Shown: positions 7,450-16,548 of the stretch, piece after piece | Position numbering within the stretch: position 1 is the stretch's first letter | Layout of the letters: every line of letters begins with the position of its first letter | Virus record (IMG/VR): IMGVR_UViG_3300025121_000013 | Source: a virus | Lineage: Duplodnaviria > Caudoviricetes | Reading direction: 5' to 3' (one strand) | DNA: 64,000 nucleotides | Notes under the pieces: generated by a model | The model's input: only the letters and a program-made list of their open reading frames with translations | Database searches by the model: none | What the model was told of the DNA's origin: nothing | Program-made: the position numbers and the translations under genes

Positions 7450-9687
7450 TTGATGAGTATTTATCCCGCTCAGGCTAGGGCTGTTGATCCATATGCATCT
7501 TATGACAGCAATGTGATTAATCGTCTCACACGTTTGATCTCTAAGGGAAGAAATTGCATATTTCATTCTAACGCTGTCGACGTTGCCTTAGATACAACAA
7601 GCCCATCTGATTATGTTGTGGTTACAAATGGACAAATTATTAAAGATGATGTTCTTATAGATTTTACCGGAAACCATAGAGTTCAGATGAGTGATTCCAC
7701 ATATTACCTCCCATTGTCGTCTCCTTTTAGCGAAGCTGGAATATATTATATTGCTTTAAATTATTCATATATAAAATCTAGACCTGCGCCAAGGGCGTCT
7801 ATAAGAATTCTTCTTCCAAGTCAACGAGCAAATATTTCAGATGCCTCATACTTATTTTTAAAAGCAGTGTCAGTAAGTTTTAATGGAGTTTCCTATCAGG
7901 TTGATTCTTTTCATGATCTTGACCCAACAAACAATTCTGTAAAAAGAGAATATACCCAAGTTTGGGCTGGAACAGAAACGACCCTCCCATCTTTCGATTC
8001 AACAAATGATGAATCAAGATTGATATATGTTCAAAATGAAAAGGAATTATATTTTGGAACCTCAACTGGTTGGGAATCTTTTAATTCGATAAGAACGGCA
8101 GCAAATACGTCTTTATGTTCTGTGGGTCAAATGGTTTATATCTCCACAGATGGATTTGCAAGACCGGCAATTGCGACAAATGAATCTTATTTATGCGATG
8201 CTGGAGTTTTGTCTGTTGGAACGGTTTTAGCCGGAACAGGAAAAGTTCGTTTATATGGTTTTGTACAAAGCGTTCCCATAGAATCGGGAAGATCAATTCA
8301 TTACGGAGAAAATGTTTATTTATCTGAAACTGAAGCTGGGTCAATCACTGATTTGGCTCCATCAGATTTTCAACAATTTTTAGGAATCTCAGTAACCGCA
8401 GGCTCCAGTACAACAGTTTGTGATATTTGGTTTATGCCAGCGAGATCATCAATCCCTGGGCCAATTTCTAGATTTGATAGATATCAAGATCTTTTATTAG
8501 CGTCAGTCTTTAAAAGATTGACCGTTGATGATTTTAGCAATTTGGAATACACAGATATGATTTTAACCACTTCGACTTTAAATACAGATAATTATAGAAT
8601 GGAAGGAACTTCAGGAGAACAATTTGTTTCTAAAAATTTAACAGAATCCGGATATGATGGAACATTTATCACATCTGCGCAAATCACTTCAGATAGCACA
8701 GGGGATATAGATTGGTTTATTACAAATGATGGAACGACTTGGGAAAATGCAACTTTAAATTCAATTCATATGTTTGCAACATATTCCCAAACAATATCAT
8801 TGGTCTCAGGAACTTTTATTCCTAATGAACAAGTTTTATATGGAACTTCTGGAAACTCAGCAATAATTGCTGGGACAGATGGAACATCGACTTTATTAAT
8901 TTCAAATGTTTTAGACACAACGGCATTTGAAATCTTTGAGACTATTACCGGTCAAACAAGTGGAGCGATTGCAACCCTTCTTACAAGTGTACAAAAAAAT
9001 AGCGGGTTTGATTTAAGAATCAAAGCGGTTTTTAATGAAACAGGAAATATAAATGATTATGGGGTTATTTACGATCCCGACTTATCTTTGTTTTCAGTCT
9101 TAACGGGAATGGGTTCTGAAGAGGAAGAAGATTTTATAAGAAAGTTCGTTGGTAAATCTGGCGCTGGGTCAGAAATGCCAACATATTCTTCAACAAATTA
9201 TATCTCCCAAAGTTCTTCTTTAGAAACTGCAATTGGAGTTTTAGATAACGAAATGCCCATTGAGCCAGCCTATATAAGAACGTTTATTGGCAAGACCGGC
9301 GCTGGCTCTGAAACTCCGACTTATAGTTCTCATAATATTTTAGTAAATGGGCAGAGTCTTGAAACCTCTTTATCATTATTGGATTTATATCATGGATATG
9401 TTCCATTTCTTGAAAATAATACAACGGGAACGGTTGCAGCTTATAATTTAGTTAATGGAAAAAAAGTTGGATTAATTTCAATGAACGGAACTGACCTCAC
9501 GACTATAACCGGTGGAGATTCTGGACAAATTATAATTTGTTTATTTTTAGCTTCTTGCTCAATTATATCTGGCGCAACAATTCTTCTTCAGGGTGGAATC
9601 GATTTTGATGGTGAAGCTGGGGATACGTTAACAATTTGTTTAACAGCTTTAGGATGGCTCGAAATTGGAAGAAGTGTAAATTCTTAA
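7450..9687 (+). CDS. virion structural / tail fibre-associated protein
   Basis: 745 aa, Ser/Thr/Gly-rich; two tandem ~46-aa repeats (FVGKSGAGSEMPTYSS...SLETAI..LD); located with collar and Tfa genes. Confidence 0.65.
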   Translation: MMSIYPAQARAVDPYASYDSNVINRLTRLISKGRNCIFHSNAVDVALDTTSPSDYVVVTNGQIIKDDVLIDFTGNHRVQMSDSTYYLPLSSPFSEAGIYYIALNYSYIKSRPAPRASIRILLPSQRANISDASYLFLKAVSVSFNGVSYQVDSFHDLDPTNNSVKREYTQVWAGTETTLPSFDSTNDESRLIYVQNEKELYFGTSTGWESFNSIRTAANTSLCSVGQMVYISTDGFARPAIATNESYLCDAGVLSVGTVLAGTGKVRLYGFVQSVPIESGRSIHYGENVYLSETEAGSITDLAPSDFQQFLGISVTAGSSTTVCDIWFMPARSSIPGPISRFDRYQDLLLASVFKRLTVDDFSNLEYTDMILTTSTLNTDNYRMEGTSGEQFVSKNLTESGYDGTFITSAQITSDSTGDIDWFITNDGTTWENATLNSIHMFATYSQTISLVSGTFIPNEQVLYGTSGNSAIIAGTDGTSTLLISNVLDTTAFEIFETITGQTSGAIATLLTSVQKNSGFDLRIKAVFNETGNINDYGVIYDPDLSLFSVLTGMGSEEEEDFIRKFVGKSGAGSEMPTYSSTNYISQSSSLETAIGVLDNEMPIEPAYIRTFIGKTGAGSETPTYSSHNILVNGQSLETSLSLLDLYHGYVPFLENNTTGTVAAYNLVNGKKVGLISMNGTDLTTITGGDSGQIIICLFLASCSIISGATILLQGGIDFDGEAGDTLTICLTALGWLEIGRSVNS

Positions 9688-9699
9688 GGAGTTTTATAA

Positions 9700-10452
9700 A
9701 TGCCTGATTTAAAAGAAGTTAACACAAGACAATATAGAAAAATTTCAACGGGGGCGGATTATAATCGTCCGGTTGGAGTTTTGAAAGATGAGATACTTAT
9801 TGTAGACACTACAGAATCAGGTTATATAGAAATACAAACAGGCTTTTATTATAATATGGGAATCAACGAATTAGAAGTTTATTTAAATGGGATTTTATTA
9901 AGATCAATTCAAACCATCGATGGAATTGATTATGGAGAATATTCTGAATATTCTAATTATTCAGTTTTATTTGAGCCGTTGATTATAACAACTGGAGATA
10001 TTTTAAGATTTAGAGTCACTTCTGCAAATTATAGAAATAATGGGTCTGGACTCATCAGCATTTCAAATATTATTGATTCTTTACAAACCCAACAAAATAA
10101 TATTTTGCGTTTAGCAAGAGAAATTTTTGGATCGAATTATTCTTTTATTGGAGGCGGAGCCACACCCCTTGCTAGAGCCATTGGGGTTATAACCGTTGGA
10201 GATGCGACTCCAGATTTATCTGATAGACATGCTTGGTTTGTTCCTGCATTGGGAGTCACAGTTACAAATTTTGATGGGTGTTTAGAAGGAGATATAAGAT
10301 ATCTCATTTTTCAAGGAAATAACACAATTCAAAATAATGCAAATATTAAGTTAAATAATGCAACAAACTTTTCTGCCGTAAATTTAGATACTTTAACAAT
10401 TATTTTTGATGGAACAATTTGGTATGAATTAGCCAGAAGTGTGAATACTTAA
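9700..10452 (+). CDS. virion structural protein
   Basis: Shares a C-terminal module (DTLTI...W.E..RSVN) with 7450-9687. Confidence 0.55.
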   Translation: MPDLKEVNTRQYRKISTGADYNRPVGVLKDEILIVDTTESGYIEIQTGFYYNMGINELEVYLNGILLRSIQTIDGIDYGEYSEYSNYSVLFEPLIITTGDILRFRVTSANYRNNGSGLISISNIIDSLQTQQNNILRLAREIFGSNYSFIGGGATPLARAIGVITVGDATPDLSDRHAWFVPALGVTVTNFDGCLEGDIRYLIFQGNNTIQNNANIKLNNATNFSAVNLDTLTIIFDGTIWYELARSVNT

Positions 10453-10496
10453 AAAATATTTTAAATATTTTTTTGAATAAAATGGAGGAATAAAAC

Positions 10497-11147
10497 GTGG
10501 GAAGAAGAGGATTTATAGGGCCTGAAATTGTTGCGACCGAAGCTCTAATTTTAAAAGAAGCTTCGCAGCCAGCCCAAGAAATTGGATTTGGAAAATTATA
10601 TGTCGATACGACAAATAATGATTTATATTATTTACATCCAGTAGATGGTTTATATAATTTGCTTAAATCTTTAGTTCCTATCGGAACAGTGATCGCAGTG
10701 TCTTCTGAAATTATTCCTGACCCAAATACATATTTGGAGTGCAACGGCGCTCTCATTTCAAAAACTGATTTTCCAGAATTATATGCTTATTATTTATTAG
10801 CTGGTGGCGGGGTCACGGCTCTTTATGGAGAAACTGCAACAGATTTTTATTTGCCAGATTATCAAGGGAGATTTTTGAGAGGCTGGGATAATTCAGCTGG
10901 GAGAGATCCAGATGCCGCTTCAAGAACTATGGATCACGGGGCTTTAATTGGAGATTATGTTGGAACAATACAAAGTGATAATGTCGGTGCTCATGATCAT
11001 GATTATTATAGAAGGGTTGACGGTTCTGCAGATAGCGGTGGAAAAGGGCTAGATAACGGTTTGACTACAACGGCTACCGTTAATAATCCAACAGGAGAAA
11101 CTCGTCCATTGAATATCAATGTCATGTATTGTGTAAAGTTTATTTAA
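10497..11147 (+). CDS. tail fibre protein with phage tail collar domain
   Basis: PIGTVIAV...YLECNGALISKTDFPELY...LPDYQGRFLRGWD...ETRPLNINVMYCVK. Confidence 0.9.
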   Translation: MGRRGFIGPEIVATEALILKEASQPAQEIGFGKLYVDTTNNDLYYLHPVDGLYNLLKSLVPIGTVIAVSSEIIPDPNTYLECNGALISKTDFPELYAYYLLAGGGVTALYGETATDFYLPDYQGRFLRGWDNSAGRDPDAASRTMDHGALIGDYVGTIQSDNVGAHDHDYYRRVDGSADSGGKGLDNGLTTTATVNNPTGETRPLNINVMYCVKFI

Positions 11148-11167
11148 AAATATAAAGGGAGATTTAA

Positions 11168-11725
11168 ATGAAAGTTTATTCCTTTGATAGAAATACAAGA
11201 GAATATATCTATGAAAGAGAGGCTAGAGAAAATCCGAGGTCTCCTGGGGATTTTATTATTCCTGCAAATTCAACCACAATAAAGCCTCCAGAACCAGAAC
11301 AAAATAAAAAAGCAATTTTTTCTGGGGAAGGTTGGGAATTAATTCCTGATTATAGGGATCAAATATTTTTTAGTAAAGAGAATGGAACAAAATGTATAAT
11401 TAAAGAACTTGGGTTTGAACCACCAAAAAATTATATTTCTGAAGAACCTCCAAAACATTTTCATAAGCCAAAATATAAATATAATAAATGGACTGAAACT
11501 TCTTTAATTTTTGAAAATGTTTCTGTTGAGACAAAAGAAGATGTTTTAAAAATTATTTATAATAAAATATCTAATTTAGGAGAACAAAGAGCTCAAACCG
11601 AAAAACTTATTTCCATAGAAAAGAACGAACCATGCCCTTTATGGGATGAATTTATTTTAAGAAGAAATGAATTATTAGAGTTGGCCAATAATTTTATTAA
11701 AGATAATGGATTGGATAAGGATTAA
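11168..11725 (+). CDS. tail fibre assembly chaperone (Tfa-like)
   Basis: VYSFDRNTREYI...IPANSTTIKPP...GWELIPDYR directly after the collar gene. Confidence 0.8.
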   Translation: MKVYSFDRNTREYIYEREARENPRSPGDFIIPANSTTIKPPEPEQNKKAIFSGEGWELIPDYRDQIFFSKENGTKCIIKELGFEPPKNYISEEPPKHFHKPKYKYNKWTETSLIFENVSVETKEDVLKIIYNKISNLGEQRAQTEKLISIEKNEPCPLWDEFILRRNELLELANNFIKDNGLDKD

Positions 11726-12774
11726 AATAATGTATAGTATAAAACCTTCCAATGAATTTTTAGATGAATTAAGAAAGTTAAAAGAGAAAGAAGAATCTTT
11801 AAATATTCAACATACTTTAAAAGCAAAAATTATTCATTTAGAAGAGGAAATTATTATTTTAAAAGAAATATTAAAATTGGGAAAGGTAAATATTAGATAT
11901 AATCCAAGAGCCAAATTGTTCTTTAATTATTTAAACGGAACTATAATGGAGGAAAGCAATGAACCAACAACCCAAGAGTGCTAAAAGCATATGGAGAAAA
12001 ACTTAAAAATGTTACAGATAGAACTTCTTTGTAAAAGACTTTTAGAACAATTACAAAATAAAAGTAAAGGAACTAATTTAATCGAGTCAGTTAACGTAAT
12101 TTGTGAATATCTTGAAAACAAAGAAGATCCTGAGACTTATGAGATCGAGCTAATAAGCGATATGTATCAATTACAAGAAAGACTTAGAATTATTGAATCT
12201 GAATTAAATATGATTTTAAAGAAATCATTAAAGAGAAATTTACTTGGTGAAAAAATAAACGAACTACATAATAAAATAGATTTTTGAACAGAGATTTAAT
12301 TTATCGAAAAAATAAATATTTTAATAGCTCTTTCTACGGAGGAATAAAAATCTTATGGCTGAAGGCAAGCAATTAAGTCGAGACGATCTTTATTTATTAA
12401 TGTCATCTTATGAAAACTGGATTAAGTCGTATTCAGTGCTTTCAGAACAACAGAAAAGAAATATTGAAAAATCAGATGAAATATATGATTTGATTGAAGA
12501 TATTAAAACGAAAATTGCAGATTTAAAAGATAATGGAAATAAGTCTGAAGATGAATTATGTGATAAAATTTCTGAGTTAGATAAAAGATTGAATGAAAAG
12601 ATTGGCTCTTCAAATGTCGAAGCTATAAAAAATTATAATAGTTTAAAGATAATGTTATGGGGCGCATTCTTTGGAATGGTTGGCATTATAGGAAGTCTTA
12701 TAAAACTGTATTTTGATTTTAAATCTAATTTTGATATTTTAAAAGAATTGATAAAAAGTTTGGGGTTACCTTAA
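11706..12774 (+). CDS. three coiled-coil hypothetical proteins (11706-11984, 11991-12287, 12355-12774; the last has a C-terminal TM helix)
   Basis: ORF track; hydrophobic IMLWGAFFGMVGIIGSLIKLYF. Confidence 0.6.
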
Positions 12775-12794
12775 TAATTTTTTCGGAGGTTGAA

Positions 12795-14090
12795 TTGATG
12801 GTTATGGACGAAAAATCTATTATATATGTCATAGATGATGATATAGCCTCAAATTCTGTTATAAGCGATTGGATAGAAAAATTTTTTCCCAATTGCATTG
12901 TTAAATCTTTTTGTAGTTTTGAAGATGCAAATAAAGATGATTATATTGAATTGGTTGATGTTTTTATAATCGATGTAATGTTAAAAACTTTACCTTACAA
13001 TGGGATGGAACTTTGTAGAAAAATTCATGAAAATAGAAATAAAAGTGCATCGTATCTCTTCATATCTGGTTACGAAGATGGGAGAGATATGGTTGATAAA
13101 GTTTTAGACAATTCAGATTGTTTATTTGATTTTATTTCAAAACCTTTTTTACTTGAGCCCTTTATCAATAGATTAAAACTTTTAATTAAAACATCTCATT
13201 TAACTAGGCAAAATGAAAATAAATACAATTTGAGTGAAGGAAAATTTAAATATTTATATGAGGCTTCAGATGAGGGGATCATTATACATCACAATAATAA
13301 AATAGTTCATGCTAATATTTCGTTTTGTAATTTGTTTAAAATAGATTGTGATAAGATTTTTAAGGGAAGATATAAGGTCACTGATTTTATTACTAAAAGT
13401 GATCATGTTGTATTTTTTGATAAATTAAAAAATAATGAAAAATCAATTTATAAAATCAATGCATTGAAAAATGACAATACAGAATTTTTAGCAGAGTTTT
13501 CAACTGGTTATATGTTAAATAATATTGAAAAATGTGATGAAGAAAATGTTTTGGTCACAACAATTAGAGACTTAAGTGAAGTTAAAAAAGCTAAGGAAAC
13601 CATTTCTTTTATTTGGAGTATATTTAATTATTCTAAATTTTTTGTTTTAGTTTTATCCAATGATTTTAAGGTAAAATTATGCAATTGGTATTTGGCATCT
13701 AGATTAGGATATGATGATGAAACAAAAATTATAGGGTCAGATTGGAGAAGATTTGTCCCTCAAAATTATATTCCAATTTTAGGAAATTTAAGGGATATTA
13801 TTTTAAAAAATAGCGATAATAATTATCAAGAATTTGTGAATGATATTATTACTTTAGATAATAAGGTCATAACCGTTAGATGGTTTAACGGCATGATTCA
13901 AACAAATGGAAAAGGAATATTCTCGATAGGCGTTCCTATTGAGCAAACAAATGCAATTTTAGATTCTGAAGAGTCGATTCGGTCTTATTGGAAAAATATG
14001 ATTTTAAAAGATGGACAAGCCTTAGACATAATGAAAGAGGTTATAAAGGGTCAGCCAAAACAAAATCCAAATTCGTTTCTCGATATATAG
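12795..14090 (+). CDS. response-regulator receiver + two PAS-like domains, no output domain
   Basis: IYVIDDD, FIIDVML (phosphoacceptor Asp), ISG, ISKPF; PAS-like FKYLYEASDEGIIIH...VHANISFCNLF...TIRDLSE and KVKLCNWYLASRLGY...IIGSDW. Confidence 0.85.
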   Translation: MMVMDEKSIIYVIDDDIASNSVISDWIEKFFPNCIVKSFCSFEDANKDDYIELVDVFIIDVMLKTLPYNGMELCRKIHENRNKSASYLFISGYEDGRDMVDKVLDNSDCLFDFISKPFLLEPFINRLKLLIKTSHLTRQNENKYNLSEGKFKYLYEASDEGIIIHHNNKIVHANISFCNLFKIDCDKIFKGRYKVTDFITKSDHVVFFDKLKNNEKSIYKINALKNDNTEFLAEFSTGYMLNNIEKCDEENVLVTTIRDLSEVKKAKETISFIWSIFNYSKFFVLVLSNDFKVKLCNWYLASRLGYDDETKIIGSDWRRFVPQNYIPILGNLRDIILKNSDNNYQEFVNDIITLDNKVITVRWFNGMIQTNGKGIFSIGVPIEQTNAILDSEESIRSYWKNMILKDGQALDIMKEVIKGQPKQNPNSFLDI

Positions 14091-14101
14091 AGAGGGTTTT
14101 T

Positions 14102-14485
14102 ATGCTAACTGACAATTATAAGACACCTTCAAAAAGTGTTTCAACCACAACAATTGAGAATAGTGTCGTGTTTACAAATAATAATTTACAAGGACAATTT
14201 TATTTTGTTGATGCGACTGGAGAAATAACCGTGACGCTTGAGGATGTTGTGGATTGTATAGATGGAGCCAGTGCCACTTTTAGAACGTTAAACGCTCAAG
14301 TTTTAAATATAAGACCCGATGCGACAGATAGAATTATAAATTCTGATGGAACAGTTTTGGCCGTAGGAAATAAATTGACTTCTTCAGGCGCAGCAGGAGA
14401 TCAGGTTACAATTTTAAAAGATAGTTTAAGTGGATGGTCTGTGGTTGGACGAGGTGAACAGGCATGGACAGATGGCGGGGCCTAA
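14102..14485 (+). CDS. small virion structural protein (beta-rich)
   Basis: Start reassigned to MLTDNYK (14102) after GAGAGGG. Confidence 0.55.
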   Translation: MLTDNYKTPSKSVSTTTIENSVVFTNNNLQGQFYFVDATGEITVTLEDVVDCIDGASATFRTLNAQVLNIRPDATDRIINSDGTVLAVGNKLTSSGAAGDQVTILKDSLSGWSVVGRGEQAWTDGGA

Positions 14486-14593
14486 AAAATTTGGCTCATT
14501 TTATATCTGAAAACATAACTTTATCTATAAAAATTATATTTGGTAAAGAACCGTTTTTAAAATCAATGAAGAGAAATTTGGAGAAAAGACATC

Positions 14594-15235
14594 ATGGCTA
14601 ATTTCGAAATCTCATATAATAAAACTTTAAATTTTGAGGGTGGATATGCAAATCATCCAAATGATATGGGTGGGGAAACTTATAAAGGTGTAGCACGAAA
14701 AAAGAATCCAAATTGGGAAGGGTGGCCTATCATTGATCAGATGAGGAATAAACCAGGCTTTCCTTCAAATTTAGATTCTATTTCTGAATTACAAAAATAT
14801 ATAAGAAATTTCTATAAAGCTGAGTTTTGGGATAAGTTTTGGGGAGACAAACAATCAAGTCAAAATATAGCGAATGAATTATTTGATACGTCTATTCTTT
14901 GCGGTCCGGGAACAGCTATAGGGTTTCTTCAAGTTGCTTTAAATGTTTTGAATAAAGGTGGAAAATTATATCCGGAAATAAGTGAAGATGGTAATTATGG
15001 CATGAATACAAATAATTCTATTATAGCTTATTTAAAGAAAGATGATGAAAATCTTTTGTTAAAGATTTTAAATGTTTTATTGGGATATCATTTTATAAAA
15101 TTATCGAGAAATAAAGAAACCCAAGAAGACTTTATTAGAGGGTGGTTTAAAAGAGTTGAATTACCATTAAATGATGATAATGAATTTAGATCACAGGTTC
15201 AAAATGCTTTGACATTTAAACCATTGAGGTTCTAA
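14594..15235 (+). CDS. endolysin, glycoside hydrolase family 108 with peptidoglycan-binding domain
   Basis: EGGYANHPNDMGGETYKGV catalytic motif, FYKAEFWD, C-terminal FIRGWFKRV. Confidence 0.92.
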   Translation: MANFEISYNKTLNFEGGYANHPNDMGGETYKGVARKKNPNWEGWPIIDQMRNKPGFPSNLDSISELQKYIRNFYKAEFWDKFWGDKQSSQNIANELFDTSILCGPGTAIGFLQVALNVLNKGGKLYPEISEDGNYGMNTNNSIIAYLKKDDENLLLKILNVLLGYHFIKLSRNKETQEDFIRGWFKRVELPLNDDNEFRSQVQNALTFKPLRF

Positions 15236-15239
15236 AGCC

Positions 15240-15602
15240 ATGAAAGACGAAACTTTAAAAAAATCAGTAAAAATAAGATTTTTAGAGAATATTATGTCAG
15301 TTAAAGTTTGGATGTATTTGATCTCACTTTTCGTTTTAGGATTTTTTGGGGCATGGATAATTTACAATGATTTTGAATTGGTTTTTAGAGTTTTAAAATC
15401 TGATTTACAACCTGATTCATATGTATATATAGTTGAAATGTCAAGGGTTATAAAGGATACATTTTTAGGTTTATGTATGTCAATAACGAGCTTAGTGGGA
15501 ACTATTGTGGTTGTTAGAGAAACCTTTAAGGTTGGAAAACTAAGAGCCTTGAATAATGAGAAAACTGATAATTCAGAAACCATAAAAAGAATGGATATAT
15601 AA
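15240..15602 (+). CDS. putative holin (2 TM)
   Basis: Two hydrophobic helices, charged C-terminus, adjacent to the endolysin. Confidence 0.55.
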   Translation: MKDETLKKSVKIRFLENIMSVKVWMYLISLFVLGFFGAWIIYNDFELVFRVLKSDLQPDSYVYIVEMSRVIKDTFLGLCMSITSLVGTIVVVRETFKVGKLRALNNEKTDNSETIKRMDI

Positions 15603-15604
15603 AA

Positions 15605-15997
15605 ATGGATCCAAATTCAATTTTAACCTATGGAAAAGACACTTTAGATTATGTCGATGTTTTAAAATATGGTTTGGGTGGAATAGGCGTCTTTGGAATT
15701 TTAATGTTAATTTTTTCTAAAGGATTAGGCTTTCTATCTAAACGAAATATTCAAAATCATGAAAATACAGTTCAGAATGCGATTCCCTTAATTAACAATG
15801 TTACACAAAAACAAACAGAGGTTTTACAAAAAATTGATGCTTTAGAAAATGTCGAAAAAGATAAAAAAGAAGAAATTAAAAAAATAATCGAAGATACAAA
15901 TCAAGAAGTAAATGAAGCTTTGAATAGTTCTTCATTGAATATGACAAATAATTCTGTGAGGTCTAAATGGGAAGAATTACAAAAGCGGCATCGATAA
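15605..15997 (+). CDS. putative inner-membrane spanin-like protein
   Basis: N-terminal TM followed by coiled coil; overlaps the following lipoprotein gene. Confidence 0.5.
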   Translation: MDPNSILTYGKDTLDYVDVLKYGLGGIGVFGILMLIFSKGLGFLSKRNIQNHENTVQNAIPLINNVTQKQTEVLQKIDALENVEKDKKEEIKKIIEDTNQEVNEALNSSSLNMTNNSVRSKWEELQKRHR

Positions 15998-16533
15998 TTT
16001 GTTTTTTACTTTTTTTTAGTTTATCCTGTGCTTCTGCTCCCTATGAAAAACAATTAATTCCTGAACCAAACTTTCCTGAAAGTTTTAATTCTCCAGAAAT
16101 AAAAATAGATCCGAAGGAATTTTTAAAACAAATTAAAATTCCTGATATGCCCAATTTTATATTTGTTAATATTGATCAAACAGGAAAGATCATTCAAGTT
16201 CCTGATAATCAAATTGATGATGCAAAATACATTTTAATGACAGATGATGGATATAAGAAATTAGATGCTTTATTAAGCATTATTTTAAAATATGAAGAAT
16301 TGATGATAGCAAATGGAGAATTAACAAATATAAAAATTGAAAAAATTAATTTGTTAATTGATGCTTTAAAATTTGAAAGATATAAAGCTGATACATATAA
16401 AAGTTTATGGCAAAACACGGAAGAAACTTTAAGAAAAGAACAAAAATATAATAAATTAAGAGAAAGTATAGATAATGGAGTTTTTAGAGTTTTATCAGTT
16501 GGAGCGATAATCGCTTTAATAATGAGTTTATAA
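15967..16533 (+). CDS. lipoprotein spanin candidate with a C-terminal TM helix
   Basis: Signal peptide and lipobox FSLS-C; coiled coil; C-terminal VFRVLSVGAIIALIMSL. Confidence 0.6.
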   Translation: MGRITKAASIICFLLFFSLSCASAPYEKQLIPEPNFPESFNSPEIKIDPKEFLKQIKIPDMPNFIFVNIDQTGKIIQVPDNQIDDAKYILMTDDGYKKLDALLSIILKYEELMIANGELTNIKIEKINLLIDALKFERYKADTYKSLWQNTEETLRKEQKYNKLRESIDNGVFRVLSVGAIIALIMSL

Positions 16534-16548
16534 GGAGCCAAAAAATAT

